Source: the human T2T-CHM13v2.0 reference genome, Homo sapiens. From it: 64,000 nt of DNA. This document shows positions 1 to 18,299 of the stretch, in pieces. Location: NCBI RefSeq assembly GCF_009914755.1, contig NC_060947.1; one strand, written 5' to 3'. Positions within the stretch are counted from its first letter, which is position 1; each line of letters begins with the position of its first letter. Both the position numbers and the translations under genes were made by a program. The notes under the pieces were generated by a model. That model saw only the letters and a list, made by a program, of their open reading frames with translations, was not told the DNA's origin and made no database searches.

Positions 1-360
1 TTCAACAGAGAAAGAATAGTTTGTTAAACAAATGATGCTGGAACAATTGGATAGTCATGTGCAAAAAAAAAAAAAAATTTTCAATCCATACCTTGAACCA
101 AATACAAAAATTAACTAAAAATTGTTCATAGACATAAATGTAAACCTAAAACTGTAAAATTTCTTGAAGAAAACATGAGACCTTTTCTGTCACCTTGCAG
201 TAGGCAAAGATTTCTCAACTACAATGCCAAAAGCACAATCCATAAAAGAAGAAAAATAAATAGGACTATGTCGAAATTTAAAACTTCTGTTCATGAAAGA
301 CGGTGTTAATAAAAAGAAAAAATTTGCAAAATACATGTCTGATAAAGAGCTTGTGTCCAC
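1..360 (+). mobile_element. Ancient L1M (L1MC/ME-like) ORF2 fragment that resumes near 13860
   Basis: Degenerate ORF2 3'-region motifs (aaatgatgctggaacaattggata...). The break 'cttgtgtcca' recurs as 'cttgtatccagaat' at about 13863. Confidence 0.65.
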
Positions 361-689
361 TGAACATCAACAAGATGGTGGAATAGGACTTTCCAGCGCT
401 CATTCCCCACAAGAACATCAATTTGAACAACTATCCACACATGGAAATACCTCCACAAGAGCTAGGAAAACTAGGTGAGAGATTGCAGCACCTGGCTGTG
501 GCACAGAAATAGAAAAGATGCATTGAAGAGTGTAGGAACAACAGCTTTTTAATACCCATGTCACCCCTCCCCCAACCCCAGGCCATAGAGCATGAAGACA
601 GATATCCTCCACTTAGGGGAAGAAGAGGAAAGTGAGTACTGGAATTTACCTCAGACCACAACAATGGGCTGGCGGCAGTAAAACTCATC

Positions 690-2200
690 ACTGGGCAGGC
701 CCCCATGGCCCCAGACTCCAGGTCATATCCTGCAGACCCAGGCTCCAGACCTGCCCGAAGGACTTGATCTCTAGGACTGCCACATCACCAGGCCAACCCC
801 AGCGGATTCAGGCTCCAGACTGGCCCCAGTGCTGGACCAGACCCATTAGCCCCAGGCTTTGGGCCTGTCCCAGTGCCATAGCAGTCCTAACAGACTCAGG
901 CTTTAGATGCAGTCTCTATCCTTAGGACGAGGCTGACATCAGTAGTTCCAGGCACCAGATTGCTGCCAGTATGAAGCTGGATCCCCCGTAGCCCCAGGCT
1001 TCAGGTCTGTCTCAGCACTAGGCCAGCCCCACAGCCCTAGTCATCAGGTCAGCACCCATGGACCCAGCCTCTAGGCTGCTCCTTGTAGATATAGGATCCA
1101 GGCCTACTCAGTGCCAGGCCAGCCCCTGCAGCCCCAGGATCCAGGCATACCCCAGGTTTTCAGACCACCTCAGAGCTAGGTCAGCCCACACAGCCCCAGG
1201 CTACAGGCCTGCCCCAATACCAGATCTGTACCCCTGGCCATAGGTACGAGGCTGGCACTCATGAACACAGCCTTCACGCCTGCTTATGTCACTCCACACT
1301 CCAGTGGAGCCACGGTCCAAGTCTGCTCCAGCAGACCAAGGGTCCAAGCCAATTTAGACCCTAGGGATGGGCTGGCCCCCATGGATCAAAGCCTCAGCAC
1401 TTCCCCTATGCAGCCAGGTTCCAGGACAGCTCCTGCAGCTCCAGGACCCAGGTCAGACCTCACAGACCTAGCCTCCAGGCTAGCATACACACATCCATCC
1501 CCCAGGCTGGCCCCCACAGACCCAGGCCCCAGGCAGGTCCCCACAGCCCCACACACTAGGCCAGCCAGTGTGTCTCCAAATAGCAATTTAGTACCAACAA
1601 TCCCAGGCTTCAAGGCAGTCCTTGTGGCCCGAGGCTCCACATCTGCCCCAACTCCAGGCCAGCTCCAGGCTCTAGGACTGTCTCAGTGGCCCCAAGCTCC
1701 AGTAGACCCAGGGTCCAGGCCTGCTGCAGTAGGCCAAGGGTCTAGTACCACCCCAGTAGACCCAGGTGCCAGGCTAGCCCCCATGGACTGAGGCTCTAAA
1801 ACCACCCCTAAAAACCAAGGTTCCAGGCCAGCACCCACTGACCTAGGACTGAGGCCTGCCCTAGTCCTCAGGCTTGAGGCCCACCCCAGTGCCAGGCCAA
1901 CCCCTACAGACTCAGGCTCCAGGCCTATCCCAGGGGACCCAGGCACAAGGCCCATTCCCACCTGGCTGGCTCTTGCAGATTCAGACTCACCACTTTAGTG
2001 TTTGGTCAGCCAATGGGGGCCTAAACTTCAGGCCAGCCCCATTGGATACAGGCTCCAAGCCCAATCCTTCAGACCCAATCAAGAAGTCCACCTCAGTGGA
2101 TATAGGCTCCAGATCCAACCCCATGGACCTAGGCATCCAGGCCCACCCAGCTGCTAATCCAGGAACAAGGCCAGGCTGCCAAAGGACTCCAGGAGTCAGC
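690..2200 (+). repeat. Degenerate C-rich tandem array (recurring ccagg(c/t)tccaggcc motif, unit about 30 bp) in the old L1 5'UTR
   Basis: Dozens of imperfect 'cccaggctccaggcc'-like units, CpG-depleted. This explains the Pro-rich ORFs here. Confidence 0.75.
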
Positions 2201-2269
2201 ACACATGTGAACCATGCAAAACAGCCTACCCATAGTTCCTTGATAGGCCAATAAAGTGCCTTCCCAGAC

Positions 2270-3305
2270 TAAAGAGCTGCTGCACAGCAGAAGAAACCAT
2301 CATCAGAATGAACAAATAAATTATAGAATGGGAGAAAATTTTTACAATCTATCCATCTGACAAAGGCCTAATACCCAGCATCTACAAGGAACCTAAGCAA
2401 ATTAAAAAAAAAGAAAACCCACTAAAAAGTGGGCAAAGGACATGAACAGACACTTCTCAAAAGAAGACATACACATGGCCAACAAATGTATGAAAAATAG
2501 CTCAACATCACTGATCATTAGGGAAATGCAAATCAAAACCACAATGAGATACCATCTCATGCCAGTCAGAATGACTATTATTAAAAAGTCAAAAAACAAC
2601 AGATGCTGGCAAGGTTGTGTGTGGAGAAAAAGGAATGCTTTTACACTTTTACACTGTTGGTGGGAATGTAAATTAGTAGTTCAACCATTGTGGAAGACAG
2701 TATGGTGATTTCTCGAAGACCTACAGGCAGAAATACTATATGACCTGGCAATCCCATTACTGGGTATATACCCAAAGGAATATAAATCATTCTGTTATAA
2801 AAATAATGCACACGTATGTTCATTGTAGCACTATTCACAATAGCAAAGACATATAATCAACGTATGCCCATCAATGATAGACTGAATAAAGAAAATGTGG
2901 TACATATACACCATGGAATACTATGCAGCCATACAAAGGAACAAGACCACGTCCTTTGCAGGGACATAGATGGAGCTGGAAGCCATTATCCTCAGCAAAC
3001 TAATGCAGGAACAGAAAACCAAATACTGCATGTTCTCACTTATAAGTGGAAGCTGAATGATGAGAACACATGGACACATGGGGGTTAGCAACACATACTG
3101 GGGCTTGCTGGAGGGTGGGGGCTGGGAGGAGGGATATCATAAGGAAGAACAGTTAGTGGATGCTGGACTTAACACCTAGGTGATGGGATGATTTATGCAG
3201 CAAACCACCATGGCACACGTTTACCTATGTAACAAACTTGCACATCCTGCACATGTCCCCCTGAACTTACAAGCTGGAAATAAAAAAAAAATAACATTAA
3301 AAAAA
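2270..3305 (+). mobile_element. 5'-truncated L1PA (about PA10-13) 3' fragment
   Basis: ORF2 C-terminal peptide ([10 protein letters not shown]...), primate L1 3'UTR and A-rich tail. Confidence 0.85.
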
Positions 3306-3867
3306 GATCTTCCTCAATAAAAAAAAAAGCTTAGGGACTTATGGGACAACAACAAAAGGGCAAATATCTGAATTATAGGAGTTCAATAAGGAGAAAAGAG
3401 ATATGAAGGTCTGGAAAACACATTTCAATCAATAGCAACAGAAAACTTTCCGAACCTGGGGAAAGATAAATATACAGGTACAGGAGGGTCATCAGTCTCC
3501 AATAAGATACAATCCAAACAAGACAACACCAAGACATATTATAATCAAACTGTCAAAAATCAACATAAAAGAGAGGATCCTGAAAGTAACAATAGAAAAG
3601 CAGCATATCACATATAAAGGAGTTCCAATAAAGCTAGCAGTGCTCTTCACAGCAGAAATATAGGCCACGAAAGAGTGGGAAGATATATTCAAAGTGCCGA
3701 AGAGAAAAAACCCTGCCAATTAATACTTTACCCAGTAAAGCTATCCTTCAGAAATGAAGGAGAGATAAAGACTTTACCAGACAAACAAAAGCTGAGGGAG
3801 TTCATTGCCACCCAGACTTGTCTTACTAGAAACTAACAGTTAGTTTTTTTGAAAAGATAAACAAAAT

Positions 3868-4215
<348 letters not shown>

Positions 4216-4616
4216 TCAAATAAATAAAACAAGAAATGAAAGAGAAGACATTGGAGGAGCCAAGATGGCCGAATAGGAACAGCTCCAGTCTACAGCTCCC
4301 AGCATGAACCACGCAGAAGACGGGTGATTTCTGCATTTCCATCTGAGGTACCCGGTTCATCTGACTAGGGAGTGCCAGACAGTGGGCGCAGGTCAGTGGG
4401 TGCGCCCACCGTGCGCTAGCCGAAGCAGGGCGAGGCATTGCCTCACTCGGCGGGGGGAAGCGCAAGGGGTCAGGGAGTTCCCTTTCCTAATCAAAGAAAG
4501 GGGTGACGGACGGCACCTGGAAAATCGGGTCACTCCCACCTGAATACTGCGCTTTTCTCACGGGCTTAAAAAACAGCGCACCACGAGATTATATCCCGCA
4601 CCTGGCTCGGAGGGTC

Positions 4617-4706
4617 CTACCCCACGGAGTCTCGCTGATTGCTAGCACAGCAGTCTGAGATCAAACTGCAAGGCGGCAGTGAGGCTGGGGGAGGGGCGCC
4701 CACCAT
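4617..4706 (-). pseudogene. L1 ORF0 truncated to 29 aa (MVGAPPPASLPPCSLISDCCASNQRDSVG*) by a 1-bp deletion
   Basis: Codon-by-codon read from the ATG at 4706. GTG GGC GTA has become GTG GGG TAG. Confidence 0.85.
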
Positions 4707-5161
4707 TGCCCAGGCTTGCTTAGGTAAACAAAGCAGCCGGGAAGCTCGAACTGAGTGGAGCCCACCACAGCTCAAGGAGGCCTGCGTGCCTCTGTAGGCT
4801 CCACCTCTGGGGGCAGGGCACAGACAAACAAAAAGACAGCAGTAACCTCTGCAGACTTAACTGTCCCTGTCTGACAGCTTTGAAGAGAGCAGGGGTTCTC
4901 CCAGTACGCAGCTGGAGATCTGAGAACGGGCAGACTGCCTCCTCAAGTGGCTCCCTGACCCCTGACCCCCAAGCAGCCTAACTGGGAGGCACCCTCCAGC
5001 AGGGGCAGACTGACACCTCACACTGCAGGGTACTCCAGCAGACCTGCAGCTGAGGGTCCTGTCTGTTAGAAGGAAAACTAACAAACAGAAAGGACATCCA
5101 CACTAAAAACCCATCTGTACATCACCATCATCAAAGACCAAAAGTAGATAAAACCACAAAG

Positions 5162-6178
5162 ATGGGGAAAAAACAGAACAGAAAAACTGGAAACTCTAAA
5201 AATCAGAGCGCCTCTCCTCCTCCAAAGGAATGCAGCCCCTCACCAGCAACAGAACAAAGCTGGACGGAGAAGGACTTTGACGAGCTGAGAGAAGAAGACT
5301 TCAGACGATCAAATTAATCTGAGCTACGGGAGGACATTCAAACCAAAGGCAAAGAAGTTGAAAACTTTGAAAAAAATTTAGAAGAATGTATAACTAGAAT
5401 AACCAATACAGAGAAGTGCTTAAAGGAGCTGATGGAGCTGAAAACCAAGGCTCGAGAACTACCTGAAGAATGCAGAAGCCTCAGGAGCCGATGCGATCAA
5501 CTGGAAGAAAGGGTATCAGCAATGGAAGATGAAATGAATGAAATGAAGCGAGAAGGAAAGTTTAGAGAAAAAAGAATAAAAAGAAATGAGCAAAGCCTCC
5601 AAGAAATATGGGACTATGTGAAAAGACCAAATCTATGTCTGATTGGTGTACCTGAAAGTGATGGGGAGAATGGAACCAAGTTGGAAAACACTCTGCAGGA
5701 TATTATCCAGGAGAATTTCCCCAATCTAGCAAGGCAGGCCAACGTTCAGATTCAGGAAATACAGAGAACGCCACAAAGATACTCCTCGAGAAGAGCAACT
5801 CCAAGACACATAATTGTCAGATTCACCAAAGTTGAAATGAAGGAAAAAATGTTAAGTGCAGCCAGAGAGAAACGTCAGGTTACCCTCAAAGGGAAGCCCA
5901 TCAGACTAACAGCGGATCTCTCGGCAGAAACCCTACAAGCCAGAAGAGAGTGGGGACCAATATTCAACATTCTTAAAGAAAAGAATTTTCAACCCAGAAT
6001 TTCATATCCAGCCAAACTAAGCTTCATAAGTGAAGGAGAAATAAAATACTTTACAGACAAGCAAATGCTGAGAGATTTTGTCACCACCAGGCCTGCCCTA
6101 AAAGAGCTCCTGAAGGAAGCACTGAACATGGAAAGGAACAACGGGTACCAGCTGCTGCAAAATCATGCCAAAATGTAA
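5162..6178 (+). pseudogene. L1 ORF1p (338 codons) with one nonsense change at codon 52 (TAA at 5315-5317)
   Basis: ATG GGG AAA at 5162 and stop at 6178 give 1017 nt. The downstream 248-aa ORF matches ORF1p. Confidence 0.92.
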
Positions 6179-6241
6179 AGACCATCGAGACTAGGAAGAA
6201 ACTGCATCAACTAACGGGCAAAAGAACCAGCTAACATCATA

Positions 6242-10067
<3,826 letters not shown>

Positions 10068-12748
10068 ACAATGAGATCACATGGACACAGGAAGGGGAAC
10101 ATCACACTCTGGGGACTGTTGTGGGGTGGGGGGAGGGGGGAGGGATAGCATTGGGAGATATACCTAATGCTAGATGAGGAGTTAGTGGGTGCAGCACACC
10201 AGCATGGCACATGTATACATATGTAACTAACCTGCACAATGTGCACATGTACCCTAAAACTTAAAGTATAATAAAAAAAATTAAAAAAAGATAAATAAAA
10301 TAAAAAAAGAAAGAGAAGACAGTACAGCTGGTACCAGAGAAATATAAAAAATCATGCGACTACTATGAACAATTATGTACCAAGAAATTGGATAATCTAG
10401 AAGAAAGATAAAGTCCTAGACATATAAAACCCAGATGGAATCATAATGAAATAGAAAATGTGAACAAATAATGAATAAGGAGATTAAATGAATAACAAAA
10501 AATCTTCCATCTAAGAAAAGCTCAGGATCTGATGGTGTCACTGCTCCTACCAAACGTTTAAAGAACTAATACCAATCCTTCTCAAATTCTTCCAAAAAAT
10601 GGAAATCATTTCACAAAATTCAACATCATTCCATGATTTAAAAAAAAAAACACAATAAAGGCCATATATGACCAATGGACAAATAACACCATACTCAATG
10701 GTGAATAGTTAGGAGCGTTTCCTCTAAAATAAGGAAGAAGACATGGATGCCCACTCTCACTACTTCTATTCAACATACTACTGGAAGTCCTAGTCAGAGT
10801 AATTAGGCATGAGAAATATCTAAGTTGGAAAGGAAGAAGTTAAATTGTCTGCTTGTAAATAACATGATCTTATATATAGAAAACCTTACAGAGGCAATGA
10901 AAAAAAATTTAGAACCAATAAGTGAATTCAATTAAGTAGCAAGATACAAAATCAATATACACAAAGTAGTAGCATTTCTACATACTAACAACAAACTACC
11001 TGAAAAAATATTAAAAACATGATTCCATTTACAATAGCTACAAAAATATTTAGGAGCAAATTTAATGTTGAAGTGAAAGACATGTACACTAAAAACTATA
11101 AAACACTGATGAAAGAAAGTGAAGAAAACACAAAGAAATGGAAAGATATCCCAGGTTCACGGATTGGAAAAATATTGTTAAATGTCCATACTACCCAAGG
11201 CAATCTACAGATGCAATGCAATCCCTATTAAAATTCCAGTGACATTTTTTCCCAGAAATAAAAAAAAAAATACTGACGTTTCCACGGAAGCAAAAAGACC
11301 CTGACTAGCTATCGCAATCTTGAGCAAAAATAAGAAAGCTGAAGGCACCATACTATGTGAAGTCAAAATAAACTACAAAGCTATACTAATCAAAACAGCA
11401 TGGTATTGGCAGAAAAACAGATACATAGGCCAATGGAAGGAAATAGAGAGCCCAGAAATAAATCCACACATTTACAGTCAATTGGTTTTCAATAAAGGTG
11501 TCAAGAACACACAATGAGAAAAGGACAGTTTCTTCAACCAATAGTGTTGGTAAAACTGGATACCCACATGCAGAAGAATAAAATTTGACCCTTTTCTCAC
11601 AATATATAAAAAAGCTATTCAAAATAGATTAAAGATTTAAACGTAAGACATGAAACTGTAGAACTACTAAAAGAAAACATAGAGGAAAAGTTCCACGACA
11701 TTGCTAAACACAAAAATAGACACATGGGATTACATCAAACTAAAAAGCTTCCACACAGCAAAAGAAACCATCAACAGAGTGAAGACACAATGTATGGAAT
11801 GGGAGAATATATTTACAAACCAGGCATTTGAGAAGGGGTTAACATCCAAAATACATAAGAAATTCAAACAATTCAATAGGAAGGAAACAAATAACCTGAT
11901 TTTAAAATGGGCAAATGACCTGACAAGACACTTCTCAAAAGGAGATGAGCAAGTGGTCCACAAGTATATGAAAAAATGTCTAACATCACTACTCATCAGA
12001 GAAACGCAAATTAAAACCACGATGATAACATCACCCCACATCTGCTAGAATGGCTATTATAAAAAAGACAAAGGAGAGCAAGTGCTGACAAGGATGCGGA
12101 GAATAGGGAACTCTTGCATATTGTAGGTGGGAATGTAAATTAGTATAGCCATCATGGAAAGCAGTATGGAGGTTCCTCAAAAAAATTAAAGTAGAACTAC
12201 CATATGATCCAGCAGTCCCACTACGTAGTAGAATATAAAAAAGAAGTGAAATCAATATGTCAAAGAGATATCTGCACTCCCATATTCATTGCAGCATTAT
12301 TCACAATAGCCATGGTATGGAATCAACTTAACTGTTTATCGGTGGATAAGTGGATAAAGAAAATCTGGTGTATATATAGACAATGGAATACTATTCAGCC
12401 TCAATAAAAGGAGGAAATCCTGTCATTTATGAAAAAAAGGTATGAACCTCGAAGACATTATATTAAGTGAAATAAGCCAGGCACACAAAAATAAATACCA
12501 CATGATCTCATATGTGAAATCTAAAGAAGTTGACCTCATAGAAGCAGAATAGAATGTTCATAGAAGCAAAGTAGAATGGTGGTTACCAGGGACTAAGGAG
12601 TCGGGGAGATTAGGGAGATGGTGAAAGAATACAGAATTTCCGTTGAGCAGAAGGAACAAGTTCAAGAGATCTATTGTACAACATGGTGACTATAGATTAT
12701 AACAATGTATTCTATTCTTAAAAATCACTGAGAGTTTAAGTGTTCTCA

Positions 12749-13037
<289 letters not shown>

Positions 13038-13118
13038 GGATGTGAGGTAATGTATATGTTAATTAGCTTGATTTAGCCATTCCACAATGTATACATATCT
13101 TTAAAACACCATGTTGTT

Positions 13119-13787
13119 GCTGGAGAGGATGTGGAGAAACAGGAACACTTTTACACTGTTGGTGGGACTGTAAACTAGTTCAACCATTGTGGAAGTCAGT
13201 GTGGCGATTCCTCAGGGATCTAGAACTAGAAACACCATTTGACCCAGCCATCCCATTACTGGGTATATACTCAAAGAAGTATAAATCATGCTGCTATAAA
13301 GACACATGCACACGTATGTTTATTGCAGCACTATTCACGATAGCAAAGACTTGGAACCAACCCAAATGTCCATCAATGATAGACTGGATTAAGAAAATGT
13401 GGCACATATACACCATGGAATATTATGCAGCCATAAAAAATGATGAATTCATGTCCTTTGTAGGGACATGGATGAAGCTGGAAACCATCATTCTCAGCAA
13501 ACTATAGTAAGGACAAAAAACCAAACACCGCATATTCTCACTCATAGGTGGGAATTGAACAATGAGAACACTTGGACACAGGAAGGGGAACATCACACCC
13601 CAGGGCCTGTTGTGGGATGGGGGACTGGGGAGGGATAGCATTAGGAGATATACCTAATGTAAATGACGAGTTAATGGGTGCAGCACACCAACATGGCACA
13701 TGTATACATATGTAACAAACCTGCATGTTGTGCACATGTACCCTGAAACTTAAAGTATAATAATAAAATAAATAAATAAATAAAACC
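13119..13787 (+). mobile_element. 5'-truncated L1PA5/6-like 3' fragment
   Basis: ORF2 C-terminus, 3'UTR and (TAAA)n tail. TSD caccatgttgtt at 13107-13118 and 13788-13799. Confidence 0.9.
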
Positions 13788-14053
13788 CACCATGTTGTTC
13801 ATGATCAATATATATATAATTTTTATTTGCCAATTAAAAAAATAAGTTTTTAAAAAAGACAACTTGTATCCAGAATATATAAAGAACTGTCAAAAATCAG
13901 TAATAATAAAACAAAGTACCCTATCTTAAACTGGGAAAAAGATTTGTACAAACAACCCAAAAACATACATGGTTTAATAAAATATTAAACATTAGGGAAA
14001 TGCTAATGCCACAGTAAAACACTACTACCCACTATCAGAATAGCTAAATTTTT

Positions 14054-14756
14054 GTTCTTTTTTATTGTTTTAACTTTAAGTTCTAGGATACATGTGCAGA
14101 AAGTGCAGTTTTATTACGTAGGCATACGTGTGTCATGGTGGTTTGATGCACCTATCAACCCATCACCTAGGTTTTAAGCCTCACATGCATTAGCTATTTG
14201 TCCTGATGTTCTCCCTCCCCTCCCCGCCCCCAACAGGCCCCAGTGTGTGTTGTTCCCCTTCCTGTGTCCATGTGTTCTCATTGTTCATCTCCCTCTTATG
14301 AGTGAGAACATGTGGTGTTTGGTTTTCGGTTCCTGCATTAGTTTGCTGAGGTTGATGGCTTCCAGCTTCATCCATGTGCCTGCAAAAGACATGATCTTAT
14401 TCCTTTTTATGGCTGCATAGTATTCCACGGTGTATATGTACCACATTTTCTTTATCCAGTCTGCCATTGATGGGCATTTGGGTTGGTTCCATGTCTTTGC
14501 TATTGTGAATAGTGCTGCAATGAACACACGTGTGCATGTATCTTTATAATAGAATGGTTTATATTCCTTTGAGTATATACCCAGTAATGGGATTGCTGGG
14601 TCAAATAGTATTTCCGGTTCTAGATCCTTGAAGAATCACCATGCTGTCTTCCGCTATGATTGAACTAATTTACATTCCCACCAACAGTGTAAAAGCATTC
14701 CTATTTCTCTACAGCCTCACCAGCATCTGTTGTTTCTTGACTTTTTAATAATCTCC
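14054..14756 (-). mobile_element. 5'-truncated L1PA8-like fragment (sense to TEX11)
   Basis: Reverse-complement L1 3' end. TSD cagaat(a/g)gctaaattttt. Confidence 0.88.
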
Positions 14757-14937
14757 CAGAATGGCTAAATTTTTTTAAGTGGACAATTTCAAGTGCTGAT
14801 GAGGATGTAGATCAGCTAGAACTCTTAAACATAGCTGGTTCACAGGTGAAATTGTATAGTCGCTTTAGAAAACAGTTTTGCAGTTTCTAATAAAGTTAAA
14901 CATGTATTTACCATATAAGTCCACAGTCCCACTCCTA

Positions 14938-15167
<230 letters not shown>

Positions 15168-16799
15168 TTACAGCACCTTTATTCACAATTGTCAAAACTG
15201 AAAACTTTGAACTTGTCTCAGAGGTGAAAAAAAACCCTGAAAACCATTCAAATATCCTTCAACTGGTGAATGCATTTTTCCATACTGTGGTATTTCCATA
15301 CTATGGAATGCCACATAGCAATAAAAAAGAACAAACTGTGGATAAACACAATATGGGTGAGTTTCAAATGCATTAAGTTAAGTGAAAGAAGCTCAAAAAG
15401 ATTCATACTATATGATTTCATTTATATGACATTCTGGAAAAGACAAAACTATAGAGATGGAAGAGATTACTGATTTCCAGGGCTGAAAGTGGTGAGAAGG
15501 AGTAACAGTAAAGGGCCCTGAGGTATTTTTTTTCTACATTGTGGTGGTAGTTATATGACTGTATGCACTTCAAAACTCAGAATTTTTAACATATATAAAC
15601 CTCATAGGACCATACACTAGCAAGAGTAAATTTATTATATGTATCTTCAATATACGTGACTTAAAAAATGGTCACAGACAACTGGAGAAGAAATAAAAGG
15701 GTTGATCTGATGTTGTATTTAAAAAGTAAAATAATTTTTAAAAAATAATGTTAAAACAAAAGATTTAACAGGAAAATTACTAATATTTTTGCCATTTTTA
15801 CTGGCAAAAAAGCTTCAAGTTATTTTACCCTTAAACACAGTATATCAAGTAAAACAAATGCCTAAAAGTCTCTAATGAAAACTTTGATGATGAACATGAC
15901 AGCAATATTAACCTCTAATTTACTATTCCTTAATTATTATACAGGTATACTTTACTATTCTGGAACATTTCTTTTTTAATGTAAAATAAATGATCTTTTT
16001 TCTTAAGGAGTGAATAACAGAGTCCTTTGTACGTAGTAGGTGTCCAAAAACAGTTGCTTAATTGGATTCGTATACATTTTGTTTGGATCCATTAATTTAA
16101 GTTTCTTAACTTCTGCCAAACAAATGGCAACCAGTCTGGAGCTCAGACTCCTTCAGGATTAATTCAGCTACCTGAGGGCTGAAGGCATTAATATCTGAGC
16201 AAAGGCATATCTATAACCAATTCAACATATATGTGCCCATGCAGACACACCAGCTAGGAAACTATGCTTAACTTAATGGAAAGGCCTCAACATTAATGGG
16301 ATGAGGGTCATGTGTGAAATTCCAAGACTGTCTACTCTGTGGAGAGAAACTCCATCTCAAGGCCAAATCTCTCACCAATCACCTCCCAAATAAGTGAAAA
16401 CAATCAAAAGGTACCCCAACTTTCATTTTTTGAAGACAATTCTTAACTGATATGGGTTTTTAGTATAATCTCACCCACACACAGCTTTTTAAATTTAATT
16501 TTTGAATAGGTTGGTTTAAATAAAAGTATAAAAAAGTACATAGTGATAAGACTTTCCCCTAATTCTTGTCCCGCGTTTGCCCAGTTCCTATTCCCTCAAT
16601 AGGTAACCACTGTTCTTTTACTTTTATATAACCTTCCACGGTTTCTTTTTGCATTGTTGTATCACCTTTACATAGGAAAGACAGAACATATATTCAATTC
16701 TATTGTCTTAAAAACAATGTTTTTTTCCCACTGTGGTTGAAGAGGATTATTTATTCTTTGTGTTAATAGTCAAATATAAGTGACAAATAAAATTTATAC

Positions 16800-16902
16800 C
16801 TCTTTCAGAGTTGCCCTCTATGACTGCAATCTTGAATATATAAAATTGAGTGAAAACGTTCCTAGGGTCATGTCGTTCAGCTTCTGCCACTGCCTCTTTG
16901 GC
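16800..16902 (-). CDS. TEX11: TEX11 internal coding exon, 103 nt, phase 0 to phase 1: [34 protein letters not shown]
   Basis: Acceptor tttttctttccag|GCCAAA and donor GAG|gtataa. The peptide lies within ORF 16747-16986. Confidence 0.95.
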
Positions 16903-18299
16903 CTGGAAAGAAAAACACTGGGTCATTTTAATAAAATCTACAAGGAAGGACTTACCATATTTTACTAATATCATTAAGGTAGTCAAAATGGCTGAGGGAT
17001 ACTCACAATGAAAATATATGAATCTAAGAAAAATATTTGCAGAAGTGCTCTTCTAGAATGCTAATGCAACAGTGAGTTATACTTCTGGAAATAGAGTAAG
17101 TTAGATATGTCAGACCAACCCTCCTGCTGAAAACAACCAAAAATATTGGATGATATATTAATTTTTTTCCAGAAAGAACAAAAGAGCAACTGACAAATAG
17201 CAAAAGAATTACCAAGGCAAAATCTAAGGAAAACTGAGGTCTCAGAGAGGTAAACAGAAAAGTAAAGTCGCTTTTATCTGGTAAGCATTTGCAAATGTAA
17301 GCAAATGTTAACTTCAGTTTTGAGGGACATCACTAGGTCAGGGGAAAAGACATCAAGTTCCAAGGGATCACACTCCTAGACTAGGGACAAGCCAAAAGTA
17401 AACCCACTCCTACCCACATCCCTGGAAAACTGCAAATAAAGTTACCTTAGTACTGAATAGAAGGCAGCACAATGGGGTGGAGGGAAACAATCCATGAGGT
17501 GTAATACTAGGAGACTCATGTATTCACTGACCCAAACTACATTATACAGGAAGCTAAAAGACCTAAAGCTGAGAATTTAGTTTAGATAGCTCCCAAGCAT
17601 CTACAGAAGCAAATGTAAATCTTCTCTGGGGGAAAGCACCTTATGTCAGCCTTCGAAATATTTCCATAAATAATTTTTCAAGAACCATGAGTTGTACACG
17701 TTACAAAAATAACAAAGCACACTCGGAAACAAGGTACCATAAACAGCAGAAACGAGATAGCAGAAGCAGACCCTCAAGATGCAGATACTAGAATTATGAA
17801 AAACTGGTTATAAAACACCTATGTTTTCAAAGTCTAAAGAAATACAATGTATGTTCAAAATATATGTATGTGGGTTGATACACAGTGGTACAAATTAATA
17901 CAGTTATAGTGGTTGTTTCTAGATGGTATCCATTCTGTCTCATTATTACCTGTGCCATACCAGTTATTAAATACTTTGCATATCAGTGAAGTTAGTAGGA
18001 AACAGAGACCATAAAATGTGACCTTGGGGATCTGAAACAAAGAAGCTTTTTGAAATGAAAAACCCAATTACCCAAATTAAAACATAATAGACAGGTTTAA
18101 TAGCAGATTAGAAACAGGTGAAGAGAAAATTAGTGGGCTGAAAGAATAAAATAGCCAAAATGCAGCACAGAGCGATTACAAACATGGAAGACAGTTAAGA
18201 AAGGATTCTATACTTTCTAGGATAGCCACTAAAAGATTAGAAGCAGTAAATAATTTTCACACTAGTAGAAGGGGAAGACTGCAATGAAAAAAAAAATGA

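Noticed and set aside
632-2254. Pro/Ala-rich ORFs up to 176 aa on both strands
   Set aside because: By-products of the stop-poor C-rich array in an old L1 5'UTR. No splice structure or recognisable domain.
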